Notes: generated from the letters alone by a model not told the origin. Numbered from the stretch's first letter, positions 1 to 15,168 are shown. The stretch is 64,000 nt of DNA from Oculina patagonica (GCF_052425735.1 NC_135770.1:3100001-3164000); one strand, 5' to 3'. Numbers and translations are program-made.

Positions 1-2370
1 TGATCCGCTTGCATCTCGTCAATCTATGTATGTTCAGGTCAATGTAGACAGGCAGAGGCGGTTCACGCTCCTATGAGTGCCTTGTTTCTGTATTGGATTC
101 CTTTGATTTTTTTCTTTGTGTTGTAGACAATAGGCTGATCAACGGTAAGGCATGCTTTGGACTCGTGCTTATCTTTCTTTTTCAAACCGTAACCCTTGAA
201 AATTAAGAACATTAAGGTTTTGAGGCTAGATGGTAACGACGCTTCTTCACTATTTTATGGAAACGATCCATAAATTTATATGCCTCGTTGCTGAAAATGT
301 ATTTTCTTATTATTGAAGCTGCCTTAGCTTGACCAAAACCTTGTGCGACCTCTGTGTAATCTAGTTTCTTCAAGGCTTCTTTAAGCATGTTCCGCTTCCC
401 TGGGCGACCACAAACTACAAGCGCATAATTACCATAATAAACATTTTAGATTACTGCATCTAAAAATTGAAATTTTAGCGAAAACTTCAACAATGTCTTC
501 AATAGAACTGCAAATTACTTACGGAGTAGAGGAATATTTGCTTCTGTCCCACTGTCATTGTATCAATTCAAAATGGCGTTGTAGCGGAGCTTGAGAGTTT
601 GTTCGTGGTCAAAACGTTTAGCAAATTTTGCAAATTGCAAGAAAAAATTCAGGCCGGGAGCCACGGATAAAATTATTTAATAGTCTTTAAAGAATCATTC
701 TGCAAAGTTTGGTGCTTTTATCAACCATGTAACTATATTTCCAAAAATTTGCGCTAAGCGACCTGACAATACGTTTTCGACAGCAAAAGGTAGCTTTTCA
801 CGTTGGTGATTTCCCTCAAGGTTTCTTCTCTTTTATTTTTATTTTTTTTAGTTATCTCACGTATTGACGCTATAGATATCCGAAGTAGTTATTTGTCTAG
901 ACGCAGAGAAAAAATTCAAGTTGAAAGAGTGCAGATTGAGCATTTTGTCTTCTTTTGAAAAACAAACACTTGTATATGTCGCAAATCCAATATGGCGGCG
1001 GAAAGCTCGCAAGCAAATTCTCGGAATCTCAGCGTATATTTCTCAGAAAACATCCAGTGGAACGGACGAATGTTTTGAAGGCGAACCAGTCAAATTTCAA
1101 GAACGATGTGAGCGTTAAGGTAAGCCTCTTCTTTCACAGATACCGAGCACAGATACCAGTTTGTGTGCTTTTCTTCGTGCCGCCTTCAACAACCGTTGAT
1201 AAAAAAGTCGTTATTTCTAGCCGTGGTTTGCATTTAAAGCATTTTATATGCTCAGTCCGCATTTTATACCGTAGTCCGTATTCTATACCCAGTCCGCAGT
1301 TTGAGTCCGCATTTGTGTTTATACCCAGTCCGTAGTCCCAGCCGTTCCGAGTCCGCAGTCCGCAGTCCGCAGTCCGCAGTCCGTGGTGTTTGATACTGAC
1401 CGACTAAACTGGTCAGCGGATGTTTAAAAAACCAAGATGGCGACCAGTAGAAGATCGATATGTTGCTGTAAAAGTTGCTTTAAAATGGACTATTTCGACG
1501 TAATAATTTCCGTTCAGATTAAAGCGGATTGCAAGGTGATCTCTTCCTTCGCTGCGAGATAAATGTACTAGTGATCTAACAAAATTCTCCTCTGTTTGGT
1601 ACTGAAGTTGGTTCGAATTGTTATGATGACAACATGGCGAAATCCGCCGAGTAGTACTTGTTTCGCCCATTGTCAACAACCGAAGGAGTAGAGAACGGCC
1701 AAATATTTTTACATATTCTCAGAGCGGAAGGATGGAGCTTGCCGCTGATATGCAGTTTAACTTGTGAGTACGAGCCACTTTTGATATTTTACTACATAAA
1801 GTTAAGGAAAATTTGAGCTGGCCTTAAACGTCCAAAATAGCCAAACTTTAGATCCTCGTCTCTTTCTTGATAATCAAAGTTGTTCAATGCGGTTCATTCA
1901 GTTTAAAAGGCCAAGGCTTGTTGTTCACAAGTATCGGTATTTAAGCGATGTAGCTGCAATATTTTTATTAGAGCGAATGGTTGGACTTTACAAAATTTCA
2001 CGATCCGGCCAATGGCCACCGAGGCCACCTGGAGGTGTAAAAAGTTTTCATTCAGATTTCATAAAGAAAACAATTTTTCTCCAGTCTAATTTCATATTTA
2101 TTACTTACTTATAATAAGAAATTACTGGAGGGATTTTGAGCGAATTCTATTTAATGAGCCAAATTAAGTTTGTGGATCTAAAGGAGACATTCTCTTAATA
2201 CACTGCTTATCAAACAGGTGATAAACAACCAAACTCTCAAAAGAAACATAAGAAAGAAGAAGCAATTTTATGCAGAGAACTAAAAGGGAACATTTAAAAA
2301 AATCGAGAATCAAAATCAAATAATAATCAAGAACTGCGTTAAAGCCGTACAACATCCTTTTTTCAAGTCA

Positions 2371-5300
2371 CTATTCCTGCCCGAGGAATTCTCGTAGTGT
2401 CTGATACGGAGAAGCTCTCTCGCCCGCATACAGACAGTTCTTGTTCTGTAATGTGGGAACGGGCTTGTTCCAGAAGTGGGTAAAGCCATTCTCTTCCAAC
2501 CAGGTTGTCACTTCCTCATCAAACTGGTTTCTAAACGTGTCTACATCCCTCGCCAGCACAAACAAAGTGGCCTGCAAGTTATCTGTGATGACAGAGTACT
2601 GGTACAAACCATTGTCGCCGAAAGAAGGGAGTCCCAGTTTGACAACCCAGTCTGTTGAGAGAAATAAGAAATGTTTGATTACGTGCACGCTTATTAAATA
2701 AAAATAATGTTGATGGAAACAGTATGTGTTCAACATAAGTCAGTCTGGAACTTTGTTTAGCGAACTTTAAAGGAGAAGTTCACTCTAGAATGACCATTTA
2801 TTTTCTTTACACCAATATAAAGTTTATACAAAGATATGTTATTCACCGAAATTTCAGCCTCCAACGTGCGCTATAACCCTACGAAATCTTTCCCAAAACT
2901 CGACAACTGAATGCCGCCATCTTGGAGCTGGTAATGTATGCGTGACGTCAAAGAGCTCAGCCTGAAGTTTGGCGGAAAAATTTAAATACTCAAAACTCCT
3001 TGTTTCTTCGTAGTGGCTTTTGTTTGTCAAAATGTCTGTTTGTGCAGCTCCATTTTGCTCAAATAGAGCTGCAAGAAATACAAAAAACAAGGAGTTTCGA
3101 CTATTATAATTTTCCCGCCAAACTTCAGGCTAAATCTTTGACGTCACGCATACATTACCAGCTCCAAGATGGCGGCGTTCAGTTGTCGAGTTTTGGGGAA
3201 GATTTCGTAGGGTTATAGCGAACGTTAGAGCCTGAAACTTTGGTCATTCTGGAGTGAACTTCTCCTTTAAGTATTTTACAATTATAGATCGGAACCACAC
3301 ATTGCTGATGGGGTGTGGCCTTGAAAAAAGTGACTGAAAGGCAGACTTAGAAGCACTCATCTCCAAGGTTAAATATCCTGGTGCAAATCCCACACTACCA
3401 CCTCATTCAGAAAAAAAGCCACTCAGCGAGCCTCCCATGCAGACGCTGTTTGGGCTCGTCAAGCGTCAACCTCGTTCCCAGGGTCTCTCTCTCTCACCCT
3501 GGGAACGAGGTTGGTCAAGCGTTCCCACAGTTCCCACCCCACGAGTGGGAGAGAAACTCTCTCCTCCGCAGAGGCTCAAAGAGGTTTTCGGTGCAGGGAG
3601 AATCCGCTAAGTGAGTGAGTGAGCGGACCAGTTTCTCGTCTTTTGCGCCTGCATTCACGTAACCAAGCGGATATCCTTAACTAACGCGCCATGGAGAACC
3701 TCTGTGTAGGAGAGAGCGGGCGGAAGGTGCGACGAGATTGATTCGTTTGTTACATGAAAATGATAAATCCAACCTATTTCTCCAAACTAAGGCGTAGATG
3801 TATATGTTAGTACTTGATTATGACTGAAGTCTCGATAATGGTCACTTACATGGGGCATCAAATGGTGTGCCTTCAAGATGAACTTTGAGTTTTCCTGGTT
3901 CTTTTGGATCGGGTACATAGGCATAGCCTGTAATGTTCTTAGCATCTCCCGTCTCTGTCTTGAGCCTTTCACTGTTTAGCACACCAATCTTTCCATCTTT
4001 CTGAAGGGAATCTGTATAATAGCAACATTATTTTTTAACGTGAGTCCCTCTAAGCATTGGCTTGCATTGTCGAAAAAAGTATTGCAGAATAACAAGAGAA
4101 TAACCATAGGTTTTTCAAAGCCTCTCTATTTTTAAAAGCAAAGCTGCGCCTCCCATTTTGCATTGGCGTCCAGTTCTCTCGAGATTGATTGACGATTGAA
4201 AAAAAATACGAAAATAGATGGCTGGGAATAGTCTAGAATAACCACGCCATTTTCGTCTGATCTAGTTTTTTTCTCCCGCGCACAAGTATCCCAGGATATC
4301 CCAAGAGATGTCAACAAGTTTTGCAAATTTGCGTTTGATGTTTGCATTTTGCAATTCAGTTGGGTCCAAAATAAACATTGGAAATTCTGGCATTTGACAG
4401 CTTGGCCAAAGATGCGAAAAATGACAACTTAGTCTTTGTCTTTTGTTCTTGGCAAACCTGTGCGCGGTCACTGCAATGTGTGACAATTGAATCAGTAGAG
4501 GGTGAAAATGGCATAGAGCATAAATATTTAAAGAATAAAAAGTATGACTAGTAGAAGTACATTTATTAGTAGCCTCCATTTGACTTCAAGCTTTGCGTGG
4601 ATATCAGAAAGGAAGATAAAAGTGGATCGTGACAGTTTGTCAACTTCTGAGTTAACTTAGATGTTCTCATCACTGCGTTGATACAAAAACAAGTAACGCG
4701 CAAACTTACAATCTGCTGTCACGCAAACCGCGTCGCGCTCAAAAGTTTCCATAACTGTGGCATCGGCGTACATCTATTTTAACAGAGTGAAAATAGAAAA
4801 CGTGCAATGTTAAAGGGCAATGTTAAAGGCAGAGGGTCAAAAACAATAACTTGGTCAGGGACTCGTCCCGTATAGGCAAAAAAGGGGAGTATCCCACGGG
4901 GTTTAGGGGGTGCACTGTGCGTTGGATCCCCTGCGAAAGAGAGTTGCGTGACTGCCCAAATGTGTCAATATTTTAAACGGCTGTATTTCGATAAGGAAGG
5001 AAATTATTTCAAATCCAATTCTTGCATTTTATTGTACACCCAAAATTCCTGTTATATTCGACGTGAGAACAGCGTATCTAAATGCTTTAAATCTGTATAA
5101 ATGTGAACCCGAGTCACGGGCTTAACAGGTCTTAACATGAAACGTTACATGGTGTCGATTTCCGTTCACTCCCGAGACAGCTATAACACATATTGTTTTC
5201 CGTCTTCAGCGTCAAAAAATCTCGGACGAAAGGAATCTACGTTTAATGATATCATTCGACAAAAACACGATTCTTTGTGAAATGTTTTTTTTGTCATTTC

Positions 5301-5834
5301 TTGTGTCGCAAACATCACAAACTTTTTGAAACGTCTAAAATTGTTACGTAATCAGTTACATAAGATGAATGCGTGCCGAAAAAATTATGGGCTAAATTAC
5401 AGAACGCAGGGTCACTTTTATTTACATGTCATTGAATAACTATATAACAATAGCATCTATTGTGTTATGCCTCGTTCTACAAAGCGTTCCGACACATGTA
5501 AATGTGGTAGACCAATGCGAATTTTGTAGTTGCTATGCGTTTCAAAAAATGGCTAAAAGCGAAAACGCTCCTGAGAATCTTCCTAACGAGCTAACATTTT
5601 TCTTTAGTCTTGAAATAAGTTTTGAAATTGTAAGTTTTGAAATATGTACATCGATAATAGGGACTGTTGAAGGGAGACGGAGATATCATAAGTATTACAT
5701 AATCAAGATGCTACACATCTGCTAACCTGGTACCAACGACCAAGATACTGTGTTACATTCAAAGATGGGACGGTGTTAATTCCGAAAGCGTCGCTGAAAA
5801 ATGCGACAACTAGTAGAAATATAACGTGCTTCAT
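2371..5834 (-). CDS. Apolipoprotein D-like lipocalin, copy 1; exons 5834-5727, 4773-4710, 4011-3850, 2651-2371 (204 aa)
   Basis: Manual splicing with GT-AG sites in consistent phases gives signal peptide MKHVIFLLVVAFFSDAFG, lipocalin motif YLGRWYQ, CVTADY, PGKLKV...DAPYWVV, and YSVITD...LFVLARD. Confidence 0.9.
2771..3266. mobile_element. Palindromic MITE with TTAA TSD (Kolobok/piggyBac-type) in ApoD copy 1 intron 3
   Basis: TTAA|AGGAGAAGTTCACT ... AGTGAACTTCTCCT|TTAA, with long internal inverted arms. Confidence 0.8.
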
Positions 5835-6717
5835 GGTGATTTCTTTTTAGTGATCTAGTAGCTTCTGAACCAAGGTTTTGCTTGCGTGAAAAGGATAACC
5901 GCTAGGTGAGGTCTGGGTTTTATACTGGTTTCTTAATATGGTAGCATGGAGCGGAATCATGCTTGTCATCACGCGATTGACCTTTGCACATCTTCACTGT
6001 GTATCACGTAACGCTTCACGTGAAGAGAGCGTTGCGTCAGTCACACTGTTGTATGTCCGGACATACGGTCATCGAAGGAAAAGCTAGGAAAAACAGCGCC
6101 TTTTTAAAACGTAGATAACTCCCTCACTAACTGCATTTGACCATCGGAGAAACGCTAATCAGCGGTCTGAAGCTAAAGGATTTTGTAATCCCGGTTCATT
6201 CACTTCCAATGCCGGGAGTTCACCGGGGAGTTCACGTACTCTCGGCACGGTACTTGTGTCATGACATCATTCCACCGATTCCCCCCCGGGCCGATTCCAC
6301 CTTACCTTTTTGTTCTGTTAGGGCCTGTTTATATGGAGGAGAGTTATCCCTGGTAGGAGGGTTACCCTCCAAACCGAGCCACCCCGGGCGAGAGAGCTTT
6401 TCATACGTTTCTTTATAAATAGCTGCGAACCGTTTACATGAGAAATTGCAAAGTTGGCTCGGGGGGCAGGGTGACCCTGGGTAGAGGGTCACTCGCTTTG
6501 AAGGTAGGGTGACCCTGGGGAGCGAGCCAACTTTTTTTCCATATAAACAGCTTGGTTATTTTTGCCTCGCCTACCAGGGACAAGTTGATACATACGGAAA
6601 ATGTGCAAATGCGGCAATCGGCCAAAACAACATCGAAGTCGGCGGTAAATTTGTCCAAAATGGTCTTCGCCGATGTTTTAGCGTTCCTGATTTTAGAAAA
6701 GGCCGCCATAATAGCTA

Positions 6718-7215
6718 CAGTAGAACCCCGGTAACTCGAACTCGGATAACTCGAACAACCTCGCTAACTCGAACGAACTTCCATTTCCCTTGGATTTGAC
6801 CCACACTTTTCAGTCATTTTTACTCGGTTAACTCGAACTCGGATAACTCGAAAACCCCGCTAACTCGAACTAAATTCCGTTTCCCTTGAACAAAATTTGG
6901 GTCAAATTTACCCCGATAACTCGAATTCCGGTTCTTGCAACTTGGCACGGTTGCCCATTGATTTGAGCAACGAACAGATCACGTATTTGACAACCATTTT
7001 CCACTCTTATCATAAGAATACATGGTCTTGTTAGAGTTTCTGACAAGATAAGTTTAATTTGCGCTGTACCATATATTGAAGTGCTGAAAAATCGGTTAAC
7101 TATCAATTATTAACTTGGCAAATTAAATATGCAATCGACCCCGATAACTCGAAACCCCGCTAACTCGAACTCTTTTTCGTTTCCCTTCAGAGTTCGAGTT
7201 ACCGGGGTTCTACTG
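6718..7215. mobile_element. Tc1/mariner (pogo/Tigger-like) MITE nested in another repeat
   Basis: TA|CAGTAGAACCCCGGTAACTCGAAC ... GTTCGAGTTACCGGGGTTCTACTG|TA; internal TAACTCGAA repeats. Confidence 0.85.
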
Positions 7216-7490
7216 TATTTCAAAATAACTTTCGCCAGTCTTTTGAACCGACAGGGCCAAGTTTTGGCTCGGTCAACAGGGACAACTTTCTCATATAAAC
7301 GCTCGGTAAAAGATAGCGCGGGGGAGAGGATAACTCTTCTACCAGGGACAACTCTTAAAAAATTATCCAGGTCTACAAAAGATCCGGCACACCTCGTTGG
7401 TTTGTCTTTGAGATTATTGCCTTTTATTTGAAGATGTCCTTAACGACCTTCACCATCCTAGCAATCCGCTGCCCATAGTCATAGCCACAG

Positions 7491-7974
7491 TACCTTATTG
7501 TGTACTTTTTTTCGCGGGCGCTTAATTTCGCGAAAATGGAACGGCCATATTTCGCGGGACTTTAATTTCGCGATTTGGCCAAAAAAATAAGATTACAGGA
7601 ACTAAATTTCGCGAAAAGTGTCAAAATACTGGTCTACGTCAACAAACAGTAAGTCTCAAAATTGGTCCAACTGATTTTAATTTTCCACTGCAACGGTTTC
7701 CAATGACATTGAACAAAACCATATAACAAAACAAAGCTTTAAAAACAGTTTAATATGTTCCTTTGCAACAAAGTAGGGATAGTTTGAAGACTGTACCAAG
7801 GTAATTAAGTAGTAAACTGACGGCGACGTTGAATATTCATAACGAATTATACAGAAGGGTATTAAATTTCGCGTCGTTATCTTTCGCAAGAACCTTTTTT
7901 CGCGGGTCTTAAATTTCGCGATTTTTTGAAAATCGCGAAAATTAAGTCCCGCGAAAATAAGTAACAATAAGGTA
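7491..7974. mobile_element. MITE with TACCTTATTG termini
   Basis: Inverted termini and TTTCGCG subrepeats; absent from the paralogous site near 51050; second copy near 61286-61762. Confidence 0.75.
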
Positions 7975-9159
7975 CGTAATTTTTCTTGGACAATTCTGTC
8001 CAAGGGGCAAAGGCGCAATGAGGTTAACGGCTATGAAAAGCACCAACCCGTGAAACAAGGCCAGACCACAACACCAGGAACTCCGTGTCCTATGCTTTAA
8101 GATTTTAATCTTGATTTTGTCTTGACAATTTGTCATCACTTGTTGTAGACTGTACCAGGCATTTGGTTTGTTGGGTAGCGGCGCAAAAAACGGGATTAGC
8201 GCGAAGAATGGCGAGGGGCTTGGGGCGAGATAGTTATCTCTCGTCGTTCTTTGCTAACCGAACGCCTGGATTATTATTTTCTTTCTTCACATAACAACAG
8301 AATTTACAATATTTTTGTAAAAAAGAATAAGTTGTTAACCTATGAGCTTAGGAAATAATTGTTAACTTTAATTTTTTTATGCACGAAACAACCATGGTTT
8401 CGGGAGGTTTTGGCTACATGGGACAAATTAGGGGCTTTACATCTGGTTGCCAAGGAAACGTGGCACATGGGTGGAGTTCATGCAAGCGTAAACTACAATC
8501 TGAAAATCACTGAATGGTTCGAGAAAAAAGAACTCTGTTTAATATATATCATATTATAAATCATAAAAAGATTAGTATTTCTGGATTTTACGCAGACTAT
8601 GTTGTAAGTTGTTCTTGTATGTCCTTTAAGCTGTCTCTCTCTTTTTCTCTAATCGCAACTAAATGTACCGTGTGTAATCATTCAAGAACTTAATTAAAAC
8701 CATTCCTGCGTTTCCGTTATCCGCTATCGGCTTATTTGTGATTTTTATATTATTGATTTTTATTGATCTAATCCCGTGAAATTATGTACTTCTACACTTC
8801 TTATTTTTAAACATTATTGTTTGAAGATCGTTAAGTCGATGATCGCTTGCAGTGCACTCAGATTGCATGTATATTAAAATGGGTACAGTCTGTCCGTTCG
8901 TGTTTTGTTGACAAATACACGCACTTGCTGGCCTCACAATGAACTCGAAATTTTCAATACTGTATTGAAAATTTCTCGTTCATTGTGCGGTGTATTTGTC
9001 AACAAAACACTCACAACAATCTCTAACCCATAAATAAAGCACGCAAGGAAGTCGGACGAGATAACGGAAGAAGTGTAGGGTGAAACACAACCCGCAGGCG
9101 AGTGTTTCTCCCTACTTTTTGATTCGTGATTCGTAAGCTCCATGCTTTGTGCTCTCATA

Positions 9160-12100
9160 AAACAAGTTGTTTAAAACAACGACAGCACTTTTTATATTTG
9201 CAATTTATTGTAACCTCTATTTAATTATCAGCTACACACTATTGTTTCGTTAAGATGACAGGTTACTCCAAGGCTTCATCCTTTGCAAGCGCTGAAAAAA
9301 AGAAAGAAAAGAAAACTTGTAAAAGGCCAATAAGTTTCGATATATTTAAATTCTAACTTGGCTCCGAGGGGTTGTGGAAATAAAACAAGAAAATCATATC
9401 GAAGTTAAGGGATGAATAAATAATATTTTTGTTATATTCCCCCCAAGCCATTAAATTTTTAGTTCCCGATTGTAGAATACAAAAATTCGCTTTAAATTAC
9501 ATAGAGCAAAAATTGCAGAAATTTCCAAGTGAAGGGTACAAGAGTTTCCTAAAAAAATTCCACAAAAACGTCGAAAAACTGACGAAAAACGACGAGATTC
9601 TGAAATGAGGGCAGTTTAAGGTGATTCCTCAGTATTGCATTCTGTTGCGCATCCAGAATTTTACGCGTGATTAGCGCGCGCACGTAAGCAAAATGGTGGC
9701 TTTTTCTATATACGGTATAGCCTAATTTCGGTGTACAAATTATTGTCTTTGAGATAGAAAACTATCAATTCATGGGAGGGAAAAAGATATAGCTGAATGC
9801 GTGCACAAAATCGTTACACGAGGGCGCAAATCCGAAAAAAAAGGAAAAGACTATATTATGGTTTTGTAGCGTACAGCATTGTAGTTGTAATGTAAGTTTT
9901 AACAACAGCAAGAATGTAATGTAGTGTGTATGTGTTGCAATAAAGCATTAAAAATAACTATCAATTATAACATGAAGACATTACAAGCACGGCATGTCAA
10001 CAAGTTAGGTTTTCGCTAAATACATACAAATAATCGAATTCGCAGCGCCCATTGCGCCATACAAAACAAGGTGGCGGTCCACAGTCCACAGTCAATTCGT
10101 GTTTCTCTGTGAACACAAAAAAAAGATCCTTTGCAAGTTAGTCATAAAAAAAGTCATGCCCTAAACAAAACGAGAACTTTTTCATTTTAACCTCCATGTT
10201 TAAAACCTAAGTTAAAAACAAAATTAACGTTCACCTTGCTTAGAACGAACACGCATGGGGTGATCATTTTGATTTCCGAGGCCAGGCTCACGGGGTGCAC
10301 CCTGCACAGTAATGGACCCCAACATAATCAATAACAGGCACAAATAAAACGTGGATCCCATTGTTTTCCTGCAAAAGAAAACATGATAATCAGTATGCTA
10401 AAGAAACGAAACGAAATCAGTGACCTTTGTTAACTCAGGTTTGAACGTAACTTTGATCAGTTGATCTACAAAAGGAAAAGAAACAGAGGATTTTTTTAAA
10501 ATTTCCATTTTCACGCCGTGATCCAAAGATCAATTCCAATGGGGCTTTGTTGAAAGGCTTCGCTCGACACATAGGTCAAATCGCATAAGAGGAAATATGT
10601 TCAAGAAAGCTTTTCTGTACTTATTGCGGGGAGAGAAAGGGGCGACAGGGCCCGAGACCGACATAATCCAAAAAATTGCAAAGCAGTCAATTTACGTTTT
10701 TGGTCAGGAGTGTTTCATGCCGTGCTACCTTTCACGCACGAAATTGCTGTCGTAGCTCACGTTCTCCAAAGCCCCAAAACAAGAGTCATTTCGCTTTCAG
10801 TTTTAAACTTAGATGTGTTAGCTCTCCTGCTTATTTAGTTTCAAATGAGTGCTCTGTGAAAAATCGCGAAATGCTTGTGCTTGTTTTTTCTGCTTGTCAA
10901 AATGGCCGACAAAAAGCGACCATTTTTCGCTGTTCATAAATCTCGAAACATTTCACCGTAAATTCTATAAACTAGGAAAGTGGCTGGTGAAATTTCGTTT
11001 GAATTTGTTTAATTTCACGCGAGAACCAGACTCCTATATTTTTATGTTTTAAAAATAAAATTATTGCTTAAACATGGACTTGAGGCTGGCGTGATAATGT
11101 GTGGTTACCGTGGTAACGGAACATCTGTCAATCAAAATGTGTTTTCTTTTGTTCAACCCATTAGGTAACCTGACTCCACAGAAACATAAAGGAGGGTTGA
11201 AAATTTAAATGTTTAAAATTTTTAATTTTGAAAATTTTATTTTCCAGCTTTACCTCCACAGAAAAATAAAAGGAGGGTTAAAATATTTTAATTTCCAGCT
11301 TTTCTTTACTTTATCAGAAAATCGCTCTTAATAAAGGCCTTTTCAGAGCCCAGCTCCTTGACTTCATACCTTACCCTGGCTGCCAGGGTGTTCTTTGCGC
11401 GGTTTCCGATCTCTGGGATCTTCGAACAAACAGCTCGAGATATAGCGAACGAAACGAAGAACATGGCAAACGGTTCGAGTTTATAGGAAGGACGTCGAAG
11501 CACTAAAATTGTAAAATTAAACTAAAACATTCAAACCGTTCTCCCTTGTTTGGACCTATCTATCCAAGGACATCGTCAAGCAGACGAAATTGAATTAAAA
11601 CGTATTCCTGTAGAGGATTTTTTTCGCAGTTTGTTTTCTTTTGTGTAAAACTGAAATACGTGTGTATTTTCTTTTATTACGAAGGCAACAGCAATGGGTT
11701 TGAAAACCAGAAACTTTTCTTTTGCACTCGCCTTGCTTAAGAATAAAAAAATTGGCAGTAATCACACCGCCTACTCCTCGACGAAATTTGTACGTATAAT
11801 ATACAGAAGTAACAAACACTACTTACTTCACTGGAGTCTTCTCGTTTAGTTTTCCTCAGTTTAAGTCACTCTTCCGCGAAACCAAACCTTCTTTTCAATT
11901 CAGGGTTCTGTTAAAAACTGAATGTGGTCTGTGCTGGCTGTTCTTTAGAAGTTCTAATTATCTAACGATAGAATATGAAATTGACCGCTGAATATTGGAA
12001 ACAAGTGTTGTTTAACTCATATCATATCTCTCCAGACTTGCTGGCGCCAATAGCACTCGCAAACAGCGCATGCCTAGCTGCATTTATCTAGGGTGGCCTG

Positions 12101-13140
12101 CTAAATATTTACTTAATCAAAAAAATTTGCTTTTCTTCGTATCTAGAAATTCTTACCCATGATATCATTTTCAACAATCGCTGGGCCATGAAGAAGGAGA
12201 GTGAAGAAGAATAACCATTGTTGCATTTTTAAATTCAGGTTTAAGGCTGATTTTGTGCAGAGAAATTACCCAAAATGTTTTCAGTTTTAGACAAAAGAAG
12301 ACAAAAACTACGAAGGGAGGGATAGCTAAGCCGGTTTGTCAGTTGTTACCTGGGAAATTAGCCTAAAGGTTGAAAATTGTTTGATGAAACTGAACTTCTA
12401 AAAATATAAACGTGATGGTTAAAAACCACGCGGTAAATAATGAAAATGATAAATGTCAAAATTAATGACGCTTTTAAGCAATACTCAAGTGTTGTTATCA
12501 TATCTCTCCAGACTTAATTGCTGTCGCCAATAGAACTCGCAAACAGCGCATGCCTAGCTGCATTTATCCAGGGTGGGCTTCTTGATATTTACCCAATGAG
12601 AAATTTTGTTGGTCTTCGTATCCAGAAATTCTTAACCATGATATTAATTTCAACAAACGTAAGACGAGACAGCAAGAGTTTGAAGAAGAGCAACCATTGT
12701 TGCATTTTCTAAATTCAAGTTTAAGGCTCTTTTGGAGTATAAAAATTGCCCTAAATGTTTTCAATTTTAGACAAGAGAAGACAAAAACTACGAAGGGGGG
12801 GATAGCTAAGCAGATTTGGCAGTTGTTACCTGGGAAATTAGCCTGAAGGATGAAAATTGTTTGACGAAACTTAACTTCTAAAAATATAAAACGTGATGGT
12901 TTAAAACCACGTGGTTGATAAGAAAAAACGATAAATGTCAAATTTAAAAATTTACTTTTAAGCAATACTTTCTCTAATCAAAGTGGTGCTCATTGGCATC
13001 GATTGTTTACCATTCTGTATTCTCTGCAAAAAGTAAATTACTAACTCGGACACAGGTAATAGCTTGTTCAATTATTTTTTAGGGAATTTCTATACAATAC
13101 AATACAATACTTTATTAGTTCCTGCTAAAAAGGTTTTTCA
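9160..13140 (+). repeat. Large host repeat with ~470-bp internal tandem units (forward copy)
   Basis: Near-identical to about 52545-56120; an inverted, diverged copy lies at 14636-15162 plus 36482-43080. Confidence 0.75.
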
Positions 13141-13199
13141 GAAATTTATTTCGGAAAGATATAAAATTTTACAATGCTATATATATATAATGAAATTGG

Positions 13200-13765
13200 C
13201 TCGAATTTCACCAAGAAAAAGAGTTTTCACTCACATTCTGACTTCACATCTTAATGAAAGGAAGATGGGCGAATGATTTTCTGAAAGCTGCTTGCTCATA
13301 CCTCGCCATTCTCAGCAACTTGCCGCTTTTGAAACTCCAAAATCAGTTCAAAATAGCCCGGCAAAATAGCCGCCATATTGTCCGTGTCTCCCCGACACCA
13401 GTCAAAATGAACCCCAACGGAGAGGGGCAAGTTTTGATCACGTTTCAATTTGTTTCCACTACCACACGGTGAGGACAAAATTTATTCCTCGTCGCAGCTT
13501 CCACGCCCGGACAACATGCGGTGCCTGCGACCGTAACATGGAACCTTGGTCCGGGCGTGGAAGCTGTGACGAGGCGCAACTTTTGTCCTCACCGTGTGGT
13601 AGTAAAAACAAATTGAAACGAGATAAAAAATAACGTGCCCCTCTCCGTCGGGGTTCAATTTTACTGGTGTCCAGCCTATTTTGGGCCATTTCATTTTTTC
13701 CTTTCATTAAGATGTCAAATTTAATAGAATGTGAGTGAAAACTCATTTTGTGGGTGAAATTCGAG
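13200..13765. mobile_element. MITE with CTCGAATTTCACC inverted termini
   Basis: Terminal and internal inverted repeats. Confidence 0.6.
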
Positions 13766-13788
13766 CACGATGTCTGAACTAGGCCTAA

Positions 13789-14632
13789 GGCCTAGTTCAG
13801 ACATCGTGCTCCTGCCGTGCCGAACTAAATTCAGGAATTAAGTTCGACAAAAGCACGGCAGAAGCACGGCGTCTGAATCAAACTTTTGAATTGAGTTCGG
13901 CAAATCAATTTAGTTCGACACGGCATGTCGTGCCGCACGACTCTGGCACGGCAGCGGTTCAAACGTCGTGCTTTTGCCGCACCAAACAAAATTCATAAAT
14001 TATATTAATGTATTTTTGCGGGATTACGTTCCCGCGAGGAGTTACGAGGAGACCCGAGAATAATTCTCCATTACGGAGTATGCGCACAACCTCGTTCCCA
14101 GGGTCTTCTCCATTTTTAGCCGCCATTTTGAAAACTGAGAAGACCCTGGTGACGTTTTAACATCGTCACCAGTTGCATACTTAAAAGTATGCAAATTGAA
14201 TTTGATTCTTGCCAGACGGAAAAACCATGGCGGCCAGCCAAAGCAATACAATGAATATTTTTCTGCTAAAAAGCTCGTCGAGGATGTTTCATTCAACGAA
14301 GTGGATGACACTAATGACAGGGAGCAGGGCGAAGAAGAAGCTAGCGGGTCTGAATCCAAAATAAGCAAGTTTTCGGAAACTAGTAGGGCAAACAAACAAA
14401 CATTCGCCGTACTCGCAAAAGGAAAAGTTTTTTTTTTCTGTTGCTTTTCTTTGGAAAACGGCGCCATTTTTGTTGGATCGCCGCTGACTAATTGTTACGT
14501 AGATTCAGTACTCCCGAATTTGGTACTACTCTGGCACGACGTCTGAATCAGAGTCGTGCTTCTGCCGTGCTACAGTCCAACCTAATTACAATTTAGTTCG
14601 GCACGGCAGGAGCACGATGTCTGAACTAGGCC
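13789..14632. mobile_element. PIF/Harbinger-like non-autonomous element
   Basis: TIR GGCCTAGTTCAGACATCGTGCTCCTGCCGTGCCGAACTAAATT at both ends; TWA flanks (TAA/TTA). Confidence 0.75.
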
Positions 14633-15168
14633 TTAGCTTCTAAAAAACCTTTTTAGCAGGAACTAATAGTTTGTTATATTGTACTGTATTGTATAGAAAT
14701 TCCCTAAAAAAGTTGAACAAGCTATCACCTGTGTCCGAAATGTGGTTATTTTAAATTGATAATCACTTTCTCTCCGGTGTTTGGAAAAACGCCATTTCAA
14801 GAGAACAATGTTACTGTGTATTGAGTTCGTAATTTACATGATATTTTAACACAGGTCAAAGTGGTTAAAATAAAAAAATAAATAAATGGTTTTTATAGTA
14901 GTCATGCACTTAGCTTCATATCTCTACGAGATAGCTAGTTTACAGGCATGCCACTGAAACAGAGGAAACAAATATTTAAATGAAAATAACAAGGTTAAAA
15001 ATCCCAACTGGCAGGAGGCAGACCAGTGGTTGTTGCAGAAAATACAGAATGGGTAAACAACAGATGCCAATGAGCACCACTTTATTCTATTAGAGAAAGT
15101 ATTGCTTAAAAGCAAATTTTTAACTTTGATATTTATTGTTTTCCTTATTTACCACGTGGTTTTGTCTC

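Noticed and set aside
992-1120. Possible first exon ATGGCGGCGG...AAG|gtaagc
   Set aside because: In-frame stops follow the ATG and I found no downstream exons; probably a TE relic or non-coding exon.
8934-12965. ORFs repeated identically in the duplicated blocks (e.g. 8934-9158 and 52319-52543)
   Set aside because: Conservation reflects recent DNA duplication of a repeat; no protein features.
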